Of a stretch of 64,000 nucleotides of DNA, positions 28,985 through 38,972 are shown piece after piece. The position numbers were made by a program, and so were the translations under genes. How positions within the stretch are numbered: the first letter of the stretch is position 1; every line of letters begins with the position of its first letter. A model generated the notes under the pieces. The model was not told the DNA's origin, ran no database searches, and was given only the letters and a program-made list of their open reading frames with translations. Origin of the DNA: Rhodothermales bacterium (GTDB lineage: Bacteria; Bacteroidota; Rhodothermia; Rhodothermales; Bin80); NCBI GenBank assembly GCA_958296045.1, contig CATQHT010000001.1, positions 885,102-949,101 of the forward strand, in the 5' to 3' direction.

Positions 28985-31483
28985 ATGTTGGAGAACAAAC
29001 CCCCTAAGGATACAAGCGTGTCCCCACTCAACGGCCGGATGCCGCGTAAGTGCGAGAGTGACCTAATCAACTTGCGCCGCTTCATCAGCTCAATAACGGC
29101 AGAGGAGCAGCCCGCTGAAGCGGTTTCGCCTGCCGCATTTCAAGAGGTCTTTCTGACCGGCGCCACCGGCTTCATAGGCCGATTTCTTGTTCGCGAACTC
29201 TTGCAACAGAGCGAGCGGCTGAGCATCCACTGCTTGGTTCGCGCAGGCAACATCGAGGAGGGCTTAGCGCGGGTGCGCGATGCCATGACGGTGGCGGAAA
29301 TTTGGGACGATGCCTATCAGGATCGATTGCGCATCCTTCCCGGCGATCTTACTCTGGAGCGATTCGGGCTGGAGGAAGAAGTATTTAACGTTCTTGCTGA
29401 CAGGGTTGATGCGGTATATCATGTGGCTGGACGCGTCTCATTGGCAATGTCATACAGCTCGGCCCGAGTATATAACGTGGTGGGTATGCGACCCGTGCTC
29501 CAGTTATGCCTGCGCGCGCGTCGTAAGCATCTGTACTATATCTCTACACTGGGAATTTTTCCCGAATACTTCGCAAGGTTCACGGGCCGCTACGAAAGTT
29601 GCCGTATCGAGCACCATGGCCAACCTGATGTGCGGGAGATGATGTGGCTGTTTCCACTTGGCATCGCGGGATATGTATGGAGTAAGCTGGTTGCCGAGCA
29701 GTGTTCCCTGGCGGCGCAGGCCGTTGGACTGCCCGTCGCCGTGTTTCGTCTCCCGAACATGACGCTAGCCAGCACAGGATACACTGATCCCAACAATGTC
29801 GAAGTGCGGATGGTTGCGGCTTCGAATCAGACCGGCAAAATTCCGCAGGGCTTCTCACAGCGTATTTCGGGCGAACCTGCCGCCGCTGTGGCCGAAAGTA
29901 TTGTGGCTGTTTCGCTGAACCCAGACCGGCGTTATACCATCTATCATTGCTGTGATCCTGACCCTTCTTCGGAGGTGTTGGAGACTGCTGACCTTGGGAT
30001 CTACTGGAAAAAGGTTTCTTATTCCACGTTCAAGCTCGCATGTCTGGCGCATGGGGACAGCTCACCGCTCAATGGTTTGTGGCCAGCTCTTGACCACTTC
30101 AGACAATTATGGTATGAGCGTGGCAGTTACCCTGGTAGGCAGCCGATCAGCGATCGATCTTTAAGGGAAGACTGCCCGCGACCCATACACTGGCCAGCTC
30201 GTCTGGTCTGTAATTTGCGCTCTTACCTCTGGATCTGGCGTAACCGCGAAGCATGGCCGTATCCGAAGGCAGAGATTTGCCTTGACCACAATCGGCTCCT
30301 GGAGCGGGCTCAGCACTATGCGGACACCGCCGGTGTTTCTTTTGAGGATGCATATCCCTCAGAAAGTCTGGAAGGCTTGAAGCAGTTGGTAGAAGCGCTG
30401 CAGCGGCCCGAAGCCCGCATGCTACCGAGTGGGATTCGCGAAGCGGTCTACATTCTTGGGCATGGCCTCCGCGTCGGTGCGGCGTTGGAACGAGAACGAC
30501 TTGCGCATCCCGAGATTGTGAACCATGAGGTGGTGCGGCCGATCTTCATCATCGGGATTAACCGTACTGGAACGACACTGCTGCATCGGCTCATGGCGCG
30601 TGACCAGAGGCATTGGGCGCTGCGCTATTACGAGCTTGCTGAGCCCGTTCTTGCATCTGGACGTTACGATAAGTTCGCATCTTCGAAACAGGATCCCCGC
30701 TACACCTATCGGAAGGAGCTGCTCGAGTCCAAAGATGCCAGTGACCGATTCGCCGGCATTCACGCGACGGAGGTTGACGACCCGGAAGAGGACTTGTGGC
30801 TGTTTATGTACCGGTTTCTGAGTTGGGCCTACTCGACCCTCTACCATATTCCGCAATATTATGAATGGCTTTTGGGCACGGATTCACGGCCCGCATACAG
30901 GATGCACCGGCGGTTCATACAGCATTTTACGTGGCAGAGGCGTCAGCAGGACAAGGGCGGCCAGCGATGCTGGCTACTTAAGATGCCCTGGCATCTGATG
31001 CGGTTTGACACTCTTGTCGAAACATACCCGGACGCCACCTTTATACAGACACACAGAGATCCTGCAGAGGTGATGGGCTCATGGAACAGCCTGGTTACGC
31101 AACTAAGGAGCCGTACAATGGAGCCGCGCCCAGCGGATGAAACCGGTGCTGAGCAGCTAGCCCGCATGAGTCACATGCTTAATGGTGCCACAGCGTTTCG
31201 CGCGGCGCATCCCGAGCTGGAATCACGCTGGATTGATGTCAGATTCACGGACTTGGTTGCTGGGCCTATAGCCACAGTCCGCGACATTTACCAGGAGGCC
31301 GGATGGCCGCTCACGGAGGAAGCAGTGCATGCCATGCGCGCGTGGCTGCTGGATCAGCAAGAAAAGCGTCGCAAGGAATCCCGCCATCAGTACAGCCTTA
31401 GCGACTACGGATTGAGCGCGGAAACCGTGCGTGATGCATTTTCTCCGTATCTCGACTTCGTTGCTGCGCGCGGCCTCATGTAG
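28985..31483 (+). CDS. fusion protein: thioester-reductase-type SDR domain plus sulfotransferase domain
   Basis: The N-terminal half has FLTGATGFIGRFLVRELL and YVWSKLVAE (TR/NAD_binding_4-like GxxGxxG and YxxxK). The C-terminal half has IFIIGINRTGTTLLHRLMA (a PAPS-binding-loop-like sulfotransferase motif). It lies 72 nt downstream of the PKS on the same strand. Confidence 0.8.
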   Translation: MLENKPPKDTSVSPLNGRMPRKCESDLINLRRFISSITAEEQPAEAVSPAAFQEVFLTGATGFIGRFLVRELLQQSERLSIHCLVRAGNIEEGLARVRDAMTVAEIWDDAYQDRLRILPGDLTLERFGLEEEVFNVLADRVDAVYHVAGRVSLAMSYSSARVYNVVGMRPVLQLCLRARRKHLYYISTLGIFPEYFARFTGRYESCRIEHHGQPDVREMMWLFPLGIAGYVWSKLVAEQCSLAAQAVGLPVAVFRLPNMTLASTGYTDPNNVEVRMVAASNQTGKIPQGFSQRISGEPAAAVAESIVAVSLNPDRRYTIYHCCDPDPSSEVLETADLGIYWKKVSYSTFKLACLAHGDSSPLNGLWPALDHFRQLWYERGSYPGRQPISDRSLREDCPRPIHWPARLVCNLRSYLWIWRNREAWPYPKAEICLDHNRLLERAQHYADTAGVSFEDAYPSESLEGLKQLVEALQRPEARMLPSGIREAVYILGHGLRVGAALERERLAHPEIVNHEVVRPIFIIGINRTGTTLLHRLMARDQRHWALRYYELAEPVLASGRYDKFASSKQDPRYTYRKELLESKDASDRFAGIHATEVDDPEEDLWLFMYRFLSWAYSTLYHIPQYYEWLLGTDSRPAYRMHRRFIQHFTWQRRQQDKGGQRCWLLKMPWHLMRFDTLVETYPDATFIQTHRDPAEVMGSWNSLVTQLRSRTMEPRPADETGAEQLARMSHMLNGATAFRAAHPELESRWIDVRFTDLVAGPIATVRDIYQEAGWPLTEEAVHAMRAWLLDQQEKRRKESRHQYSLSDYGLSAETVRDAFSPYLDFVAARGLM

Positions 31484-31912
31484 CCGACTTCGATGCATCG
31501 GCCCAGGAAACCTCGGTGGCGAAGGCCGTGGTCAATTAGGGCGCAGCCCCTCACAGGCCCATTGTACAGCCGCCTGCATGCGCCTTTGTGTCAATGCGGT
31601 CTTATTCCACGTTCGTCTCTTCTATCCCAAGAGGTCAGAAATTATATGAGTCACTTGTGGTAATTACATTCCGCTCCGAACACTGATCACTGTTTTTCTT
31701 CCATATCCGCGGGGAGTATGGTGGTCTTCTTGGGCTTGAGATAGCGCAGTCGGTGCGAGCTGTAGGGAGCGCCGCAGATCTCGGCCATGCGCCAGACATC
31801 TTTGCCTGGGCGCGTGTCCTGAAAGTTAACATGTTGCTGCTACAACCCCGGCCTCTGATGTTTCAAGGCAGGCATGCTTAGCCATGCGCCGCCGTATTGG
31901 CATGGTAGGTCA

Positions 31913-32278
31913 TCAAAGGGTGGTTAAGCTGACGACTTCAACGATGCGCCCCCACATCCTGATTGACATCACGCCCGTGCGCTCGCGAACGGTGAATCGG
32001 ACACGTAAGCCATCCTGCTGAAAGCTCTCGCCGAGCGTGCCAGCGTCAAAACGCTGTCCGTCATCGGCTACGATCCCGTAAAAGCCTCCTTCCAGATCGA
32101 TAAATCTTATCGTGCCCGTACCCATGATGTCTTGCATCGGCTTAACTGTCTGGTCTATCTGGTCTGTCTCTTCTCCTTTAGCTGGTGACGGTGTCGAAGG
32201 GTGCGTGCTTTCCTTTGGCTCCAAGGAGCTGCAACACATTATCAGTAACAGGGCCGTGCCGACAGAAATCCGCTTCAT
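31913..32278 (-). CDS. small lipoprotein, hypothetical
   Basis: MKRISVGTALLLIMCCSS lipobox. Its ATG overlaps the mnmA stop (ATGA, 32275-32278). Confidence 0.6.
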   Translation of the reverse strand: MKRISVGTALLLIMCCSSLEPKESTHPSTPSPAKGEETDQIDQTVKPMQDIMGTGTIRFIDLEGGFYGIVADDGQRFDAGTLGESFQQDGLRVRFTVRERTGVMSIRMWGRIVEVVSLTTL

Positions 32279-33432
32279 GGTGCCGCTATACTCTGATGAC
32301 GGTCCACAGCAGTCGCGCGTTGCGGGGCGTCCTCTTCCCGCCATGCCGCTGCGATCCACCCTCCACCCAACACATCGTCTCCCTCGTACAGCACTACGGA
32401 TTGTCCGGGTGTGATGGCTGCGCGGCGCACCGCAAAGCCGACCTGCAGCTCGTCATCACCGCTCTGTCGCACAAGACAGGGCGCTCCCGGATCGCGGTAA
32501 CGTATCTTACCAGTGGCTGGCCGTTCCTCACGCAACTGGGGAAACTTGATTAGGTTGATCTGCCGTGCCACCAGATATTCCTTCAGCAGCTCCTCGCGCG
32601 GACCCACCGTGACCGTGTTGGTGATCGGATCTATGTTGGTCACATAGACCGGATACCCTAATGCCAGCCCCAACCCGTGACGCTGACCCACGGTAAAGAA
32701 CGGGTACCCGGCATGGCGCCCGACTTCGCTCCCGTCTGAAAGGACAAACGGACCGCCGTGCACGCGCTCCTCTAACCCAGCGACCTGATCCTTCAAGAAA
32801 CGACGGTAATCGTTGTCGGGAATGAAACAGATCTCGTACGAATCCGGCTTATCTGCCACATGGCTCAATCCGAAATCGCTGGCCATCTGCCGGATGACCG
32901 GCTTGGTATAGTTACCCAACGGCAGTAACGTCCGGGCAAGATGCGCCTGGGGCAGTCCCCATAGTGCGTAGCTCTGATCCTTGTTGGTATCCAACCCGCG
33001 CGACACTATGTAGCGCCCTGCCTCCTGCCGCACGCGCGCATAGTGGCCGGTAGCGATGTGGGAGCAGTCCAGGTCGTCTGCACGCTGGAGCAGCGCATTC
33101 CATTTGATATGTGTGTTGCACAGTACGCATGGGTTGGGCGTGCGCCCAGCCAGGTATTCTCCCGTAAAGCGCTCTACCACCCAATCTCCGAATTCGCGGC
33201 GGATGTCCACAATGAAATGTGTGAAGTCATATTCGATAGCCACGCGCCGCGCATCATTCATGGATTCCAGCGTGCAGCAGCCGACCACCTTGCCGTTGTG
33301 GGGCATACTCTGCGCAAAGTCCCACGTCTTCATCGTAAGGCCGATCACCTCCCATCCCGCCTTGTGCAGGAGCACGGCTGCCACCGACGAGTCCACGCCG
33401 CCGCTCATGGCCACCAGCACACGCTTTTTCAT
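32275..33432 (-). CDS. mnmA: tRNA 2-thiouridine(34) synthase MnmA
   Basis: PP-loop VLVAMSGGVDSSVAAVLL and family-typical sequence throughout. Confidence 0.9.
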   Translation of the reverse strand: MKKRVLVAMSGGVDSSVAAVLLHKAGWEVIGLTMKTWDFAQSMPHNGKVVGCCTLESMNDARRVAIEYDFTHFIVDIRREFGDWVVERFTGEYLAGRTPNPCVLCNTHIKWNALLQRADDLDCSHIATGHYARVRQEAGRYIVSRGLDTNKDQSYALWGLPQAHLARTLLPLGNYTKPVIRQMASDFGLSHVADKPDSYEICFIPDNDYRRFLKDQVAGLEERVHGGPFVLSDGSEVGRHAGYPFFTVGQRHGLGLALGYPVYVTNIDPITNTVTVGPREELLKEYLVARQINLIKFPQLREERPATGKIRYRDPGAPCLVRQSGDDELQVGFAVRRAAITPGQSVVLYEGDDVLGGGWIAAAWREEDAPQRATAVDRHQSIAAP

Positions 33433-33444
33433 CGTTTGCTACCG

Positions 33445-34257
33445 TTAAAAGACGTGCTTTGAGTAGCCCCCATCCACGGGCAGTGCGATGCCGGTGATAA
33501 ACGCAGCGGGCTTGCCAGCCAGAAAGGCCACCGCCGCCGCAAATTCCTCCGGGTCCGCCATGCGGCGCAACGCAGCTCCCGCGGCCCATCCGGCCTCAAC
33601 CTCCTCTTTTGTCTTTCCCGTACGCGCAATTATGTCATCTACCAGGTGCTGCAGGCGCTTTGTTCGCGTAAAGCCAGGAAGCACCGTGTTGACGGTGATT
33701 CCGAGAGGGCCCACCTCTTCTGAGAGCGTCTTCGCGAACCCCTGCACGCCGGCCCGGGCTGTGTTGGACAGATAGAGGGTCTGAACTGGTTGCTTCGCAG
33801 CGATCGAAGTGACCATCACGATGCGAGCATGGCCATCGCTGGCAGCCGCCTTACGCAAATAAGGCAATGCGTGGCGGCACAGGTTGATGGTGCTTAGAAG
33901 ATTCAATTCCAAGCCTTGGCGCCAGCCGTCTGCATCGAAGTCGTCTACAAGTCCGGTAGGCGGACCGCCGGCATTTGTGAGAAGGATGTGGAGGCCACCC
34001 TGCCTTCCTGCGGCCTGTTTCATCGCTAGAGCGATCTGTGACTCCTGTGTTACGTCGCAGACCAGTGCCATCACGCGATCCGGCGTAGCGCCAGATGTGT
34101 GTATCACCACTTTACGCGCCGCGGCCAGACGTTCCTCGCTGCGGGAGCATATCGCCACACGGCATCCTTCACGCGCCAGGGCAATGGCAGCAGCCAGTCC
34201 CAGGCCGCTACTGGCTCCGGCGACAAACGCGTTCCGATCCGTTAATCCCAAGTCCAT
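33445..34257 (-). CDS. SDR-family oxidoreductase
   Basis: AFVAGASSGLGLAAAIALAREG cofactor motif; NAGG; S..Y...K-type core. Confidence 0.85.
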   Translation of the reverse strand: MDLGLTDRNAFVAGASSGLGLAAAIALAREGCRVAICSRSEERLAAARKVVIHTSGATPDRVMALVCDVTQESQIALAMKQAAGRQGGLHILLTNAGGPPTGLVDDFDADGWRQGLELNLLSTINLCRHALPYLRKAAASDGHARIVMVTSIAAKQPVQTLYLSNTARAGVQGFAKTLSEEVGPLGITVNTVLPGFTRTKRLQHLVDDIIARTGKTKEEVEAGWAAGAALRRMADPEEFAAAVAFLAGKPAAFITGIALPVDGGYSKHVF

Positions 34258-34614
34258 AGCACAGTGTTGCTGGTCCGAAGACCTAGTGGCTACCAGGCAT
34301 CGGTTGTGTGGCTTCGCGGGGTTTGGCGCAGTGCTCTAACCATCGTGGGACGAAGCGTGTCCTGACATCCTTGCAGCACCGTGGCCTACTGCCCGACGCA
34401 ATACCGGCATCCGCGTATTTCCACGCTCAGGACGCTCAGCCCAGCACAGCTAAGTCGTCAAATCCGCCTGCCCATTGCTTCAGAGCCAATTGGTCAAACA
34501 AGAATCTGTTTCACCGCAAGCAACGGCGCACGGTTCCCGGAATCTTCGTTTGAAAAGCGTGGCTTGGATTTCGATATTTCTGGTGGTGCAGCCCCTCATC
34601 CTTCGACGTTGCCG

Positions 34615-35016
34615 ATGTCTCGCAATCTCCCCATTTCCCCTCGTACAGCGGTGAGATCCAGACTCGCACCGGCGGCTATCGGTCCTTACAGCCAAGCCAT
34701 CAAGGTGGGCAACACCTTGTACTGCTCCGCTCAGATCGGCATCCACTCTGCCACCCAGAGCCTCGTTGAAGGTGGCATCGAAGCACAGACCGAGCGAGTC
34801 CTCAAGAATATCGGTGCACTGCTGAGTGCCGCTTCGCTGGGCTACCGCCATGTCGTACACTGCCGGATATACCTGACGGACATCAGCGACTACGCACAGG
34901 TGAACGAGGTATACCTGAAGTACTTCGACGACAAACCTCCGTGCCGCGAAACGGTGCAGGTGGTCGCACTACCCCGGGACGCGGCCATAGCCATTTCCTG
35001 TATCGCGGTCAGCTGA
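34615..35016 (+). CDS. ridA: RidA/YjgF-family deaminase
   Basis: APAAIGPYSQAIKVGNTLYCSAQIG..., ..RIYLTDISDY..VNEVY..YF....PCRETVQVVALPRDAAI. ATG 34615 chosen inside the longer track ORF 34381..35016. Confidence 0.85.
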   Translation: MSRNLPISPRTAVRSRLAPAAIGPYSQAIKVGNTLYCSAQIGIHSATQSLVEGGIEAQTERVLKNIGALLSAASLGYRHVVHCRIYLTDISDYAQVNEVYLKYFDDKPPCRETVQVVALPRDAAIAISCIAVS

Positions 35017-35163
35017 CATCACTCCGCCAGCAGCGCATAGCTCGGCACGGCATCAGGCAGCTTCTGGCGCCCGAGCATCACCTGCGGTTCAATCGGGAAC
35101 GAACACCTTGCGGTTACCACCCCGTCCTCGTGCATCAGCCTGTCTGTTGCGCTGGAAGCGAGC

Positions 35164-36279
35164 CTACCGCGAAACCTCATATACGACCACTGCACTGTCG
35201 TTTTCGTCCACGGCATACACCCTTCCATCTCTGACTGCCTCCAGGCTAATCCCCGGGAGTACGGTCAGTGTACCATAAATCCTGCTTTCGGTATCTATTA
35301 CAAGCCACTCCGTAGCATCCGGTATCTCTGACGAGCTGTTGTTGACCCAGACCCGGCCCAAGTCGTCCACCAGGAAGTCTTCGTAGGCGGGCTTGGTGGA
35401 ATGTATGTCGGAATTCAGGATAGCATTCCTTACAAAGGACGCCCTACCTTCGAGCCACTCTTCGATGTCAGTCGCCGTTACCGGTATATATTCACGCCCA
35501 AGACTGATGGACACGCTGGCCAATCCTGTGGCTTCGGTGACAGCAATATCCAGCGACTCGTTCCATCCCGAGTAGACGCTCTGGCTTGGGCCCATGCGAA
35601 TCACGGGAATGCGGCCGAATGGCACACCTAACGAGGCGATCCCGCCTCTCGGGGACTCGGTAATGAGCTCTTCTACGGCTGGCAATGTAATCAGTGGTTC
35701 GCCTATAATTCGCCCCTGCCGGTCTACCACCATAACGCGCGTTTCAATGTCCAAATCCTTGTCTGATCTCCCCCAAAACGGCAGTACGTACTTGAACAGC
35801 AAACCAGACACAGCCGCGCCCACGAATTGGCTCGGGCTGTACAGCTCATCCCTGGGCACCCTGACGATATACGCCAAGTCAAACGACTCGGGCTCGAATA
35901 CGGATACGCGATCCTGCCCACGATCATAAGCGTACAGCGAGTCACCGGGTCCAACGTGAATCAGGCCTAACTGCTGAAACTCGCCGGGACCCTCTCCAGG
36001 TTGCCCAACTACTGATAGCAACTTACCAGCGGCAGAAAAGACGTAGATCTTGGGATGCTGTGCTTCTCCCACGAAGATGCGGCCTGCACCGTCCACCGTG
36101 ACAAGTCCACCGATCCAGCCGAAGAGCACGGAATCCCCCGCTGACTCGTCCCCCAAGCGCATCGTTTCCACAAGCCCTAGCTGAAACACTTCGCCCGGAG
36201 CTTTATTACTCGTACAGCCAGACAGCAAGGCACCTACGATGAGCAGCGGCGCAAAAAAGACTGCGGCTTGCTGCGCCAT
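35164..36279 (-). CDS. 6-bladed beta-propeller-type lipoprotein
   Basis: Lipobox LLSGC|TSN after ATG 36279. Repetitive beta-rich sequence with motifs such as D..GRIFV and D..GR.WV. Family call by resemblance. Confidence 0.5.
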   Translation of the reverse strand: MAQQAAVFFAPLLIVGALLSGCTSNKAPGEVFQLGLVETMRLGDESAGDSVLFGWIGGLVTVDGAGRIFVGEAQHPKIYVFSAAGKLLSVVGQPGEGPGEFQQLGLIHVGPGDSLYAYDRGQDRVSVFEPESFDLAYIVRVPRDELYSPSQFVGAAVSGLLFKYVLPFWGRSDKDLDIETRVMVVDRQGRIIGEPLITLPAVEELITESPRGGIASLGVPFGRIPVIRMGPSQSVYSGWNESLDIAVTEATGLASVSISLGREYIPVTATDIEEWLEGRASFVRNAILNSDIHSTKPAYEDFLVDDLGRVWVNNSSSEIPDATEWLVIDTESRIYGTLTVLPGISLEAVRDGRVYAVDENDSAVVVYEVSR

Positions 36280-36727
36280 TCGGAGCACTGCCCAAAGCCT
36301 TCCTTGAGAAAGTGGTCGCAGCTGTAGCGGATTTTCAAGGATGCGACCAACTCTGCAAGCAACTTGATAGTAATTCTTACGAACAATCATTGGTCGCTGT
36401 TGGGTTATGACCTAGTTACCAGGAGCGCGACATAGAACCGTCAGCCGATAGTCTGAAACGCTGTGCGATGCTTATCCCGAACAGGAATCCACGGGACTCC
36501 AGACCTACCACCTGGAAGATCCCTGCTCCCTTGTACGGGCTCCGTCAGAAGGTCTGTAGCCAGTCACAGGAGTGCCGCATCACCCAGGATCGGCCCTATG
36601 TCAAAAACTGTATCCCCGGCTTCGGAGAGTCAGAGATTTCGAATCGCACTCTTGAGTGCTTGGCTCATCATGGCAGCGGCGAAGGCATCATTGTGGGATG
36701 CCCTTATAGCCGCTACCAGACCGTTTG

Positions 36728-37474
36728 TTACCAGTCGAAGATGGAGTGGCGACCGAGCAGCTCATCCATCCGGCGCTCCAGGATCGTTGCGCGATTCACT
36801 TCGCGCTGCCTCTTCTCCTCTTTGGCTTTGGCAAGCTCCTCCTCCATGGACACAATTGCGGTGGCGCGAATCTCCTGCTTCAGGTCAAAGATATCGTTGA
36901 GCAGCGCCGTCAGCTCTTCCTCAAACGTCGCTTTCTCCTCTTCATCTGCCCTGCGGATCCGTGTGCTAAGAGCGCGTGCCTCACTCTCCTTTTTCCTGAG
37001 CTCTTCACGCTGCTGTGGCGTGCCCGAATGCCTGTGCAGCACGCTTCGAGAGAGAGACCATCCCTGGCTGCTACGCAATAGCGTAGGTAAATCGGTATGG
37101 CCATTAAATTCCTCATCATCGTCTACTAAGGAACGGAAAGCTACACTGCCATCCCTGGACATCCAGCCAGACCTAGGAGAGTACTTCATCACAATCCGAT
37201 CTTCGCTATCGTCATAGCCGTAGACTACGACCCAGTCGTCTCCTAGGTCCAGCCTTTTGGTCAATCGAGGCTTCGCATCAAGGGAGTCGTCCGCCGTGAG
37301 CACGATGACGTAATCTTTGTTAAATCCAAGTTTGTTAAATTCAAGGGTGACAGCCTTGGGTTTCTTGGCGGCCGGAGGAGCCTCCTCTGATTTCTGCGCC
37401 ACAGCAGGCAGGGTCAAGGGTAGCAGCAGCGCTGCTGCCAGAAGGCGGAAGCCGAGAGTCTTGAGTACGTCCAT
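36728..37474 (-). CDS. secreted protein with C-terminal coiled coil, last gene of the ECF sigma operon
   Basis: Signal peptide MDVLKTLGFRLLAAALLLPLTLPAVAQ. The C-terminus reads ..FDLKQEIRATAIVSMEEELAKAKEEKRQREVNRATILERRMDELLG. Confidence 0.6.
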   Translation of the reverse strand: MDVLKTLGFRLLAAALLLPLTLPAVAQKSEEAPPAAKKPKAVTLEFNKLGFNKDYVIVLTADDSLDAKPRLTKRLDLGDDWVVVYGYDDSEDRIVMKYSPRSGWMSRDGSVAFRSLVDDDEEFNGHTDLPTLLRSSQGWSLSRSVLHRHSGTPQQREELRKKESEARALSTRIRRADEEEKATFEEELTALLNDIFDLKQEIRATAIVSMEEELAKAKEEKRQREVNRATILERRMDELLGRHSIFDW

Positions 37475-37529
37475 GGGTTTGGGTGTCCTGATTGGGGTTG
37501 GATACGATCCGTGCGGCATGCTGCTTTCG

Positions 37530-38381
37530 TCATTGGCGCACCTGGCCCAGCATCTCTTCCAGGCGCCGCTCCACCATGGAGCTGCGCAACGCTTCGCGTC
37601 TTTCCAGACGATCCTGAAGGGCTTCGAGTCTGGCTTCTAGCTGCCCAATTTCCAGGCGGCGATTGTCCAGCTTGCGCTCAAATATCGCGTCCAGTCGTCT
37701 GTGCAGCGATTCGACCTTCGCGTCGCGCTCCGGCCCAGAAGGCATGAGAGTGATTTCAACAGCCAGCTGCTGCACCTCCCGCTCCATGACCCATTCTTGC
37801 CGGAGTCGCGAATACAGGCCCGTATCTGCCTGCGCTACATGTCCATAATAGCGCACGATGTGCAGATCGGGCAACAGCTGCAGCGTCGTTGCCGCTTCTG
37901 CAATTTGTGCCTGTGCCGCCTGCAGGGCGAGCCCGGCCTCTTCATGAAGGTCGGAGTCTTCCAAGGTGACCCGCAGGCCACGGGTGGTCTGCTTAAGGTC
38001 AAGTGCGAGCTCGCGGGCACGCTGCCCGACAACCCATAACCCATTGTCATAACTCAGAGCGGCCGCGGTGTCTGCAAGGATCTTCAGGCTGTATGCATCA
38101 TCAGCACGCGAGTGTTCATGACCAGCCGCCACAAAACGTACTCCGTCAACTTCGATGGTTCGAAGCGCATGCCCTTGGTCGATACCAAGGTCGACGGTGA
38201 GGGCGAATTCTTTCAAGGGAAGCGACCGTGCAAGCTCATCTCGACTCATGCGGCTGCCGTTGATGTACACCTCGCCGTCTCGTATTACAATGCTGACCTG
38301 TTGGGCTACGACGGGCTGCGCTGTTGCAAAGGTCAGCGCAACGGTCATCCAACAGGCAGGCCTGAGCCACATCGTTTTCAT
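37530..38381 (-). CDS. secreted protein with C-terminal coiled coil, ECF sigma operon
   Basis: Signal peptide ..ALTFATAQPVVAQ. The C-terminus reads ..IFERKLDNRRLEIGQLEARLEALQDRLERREALRSSMVERRLEEMLG, the same tail architecture as the downstream gene. Confidence 0.6.
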   Translation of the reverse strand: MKTMWLRPACWMTVALTFATAQPVVAQQVSIVIRDGEVYINGSRMSRDELARSLPLKEFALTVDLGIDQGHALRTIEVDGVRFVAAGHEHSRADDAYSLKILADTAAALSYDNGLWVVGQRARELALDLKQTTRGLRVTLEDSDLHEEAGLALQAAQAQIAEAATTLQLLPDLHIVRYYGHVAQADTGLYSRLRQEWVMEREVQQLAVEITLMPSGPERDAKVESLHRRLDAIFERKLDNRRLEIGQLEARLEALQDRLERREALRSSMVERRLEEMLGQVRQ

Positions 38382-38393
38382 GGTATCACTCCG

Positions 38394-38972
38394 TTAGCGT
38401 TGGCGGAAAGCACTGGCGGGCGTGAAGCCACTGGATGCCCCGGCTGGTGGCAACGAGTCAATCCTGAGCACCTCCGGCTCGTCCCATGCGTCATCAGTGC
38501 TGCGGGCGCTAAGCACCTCAATGTGGGTGTAGACATCGACCAGCTGCGAACCGTCGTCCCATGGCGGCAACACCTCTGTGGACTCAGACGCGGCCTCGCT
38601 TGGGGCTGAATCTGGAGCAACAGCATCGTCGGGGTCCAGGGGCCAAACCAAGAGCGCAGCTACTGCGGCCGCTGCCGCGAATGCAGACCAGGCTGACACA
38701 CGGCGAATCAGCCGCATCCGCGGGCGGCGTCGTGTGGTGTCTGCTGCTCCGTGTAGCCCATTTGGTGCAGCAGCGCGCAGCACATGCGCTACTCTTGCCG
38801 GATCCGGGTGCACTCGTCGCTGGTCGAGAAGGCTCTTGACCTGACCCAGCTGCCGATACTCTTCGCTTAGCGCCCCGTCCTTGAGGAGCTCGTCCAGATC
38901 GTCAGCATTGTGTTCCTCGCCATAGAGGTGTAAGAGCAGCCATAGGTTTTTGTCCATATGAATCCGTTTCAT
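38394..38972 (-). CDS. anti-sigma factor (single-pass membrane protein)
   Basis: Its start overlaps the sigma gene stop. It has a cytoplasmic N-terminus, one TM segment (VSAWSAFAAAAAVAALLVW) and a periplasmic tail. Confidence 0.6.
   Translation of the reverse strand: MKRIHMDKNLWLLLHLYGEEHNADDLDELLKDGALSEEYRQLGQVKSLLDQRRVHPDPARVAHVLRAAAPNGLHGAADTTRRRPRMRLIRRVSAWSAFAAAAAVAALLVWPLDPDDAVAPDSAPSEAASESTEVLPPWDDGSQLVDVYTHIEVLSARSTDDAWDEPEVLRIDSLPPAGASSGFTPASAFRQR

Noticed and set aside
31635-31832. Track ORF of 65 aa, plus an alternative frame reading ..NFQDTRPGKDVWRMAEICGAPYSSHRLRYLKPKKTTILPADMEEKQ*
   Set aside because: The listed frame has non-protein-like composition. The alternative frame looks protein-like, but an upstream stop closes it and leaves only a 33-codon ATG ORF. 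It may be a gene fragment, and it is too weak to call.
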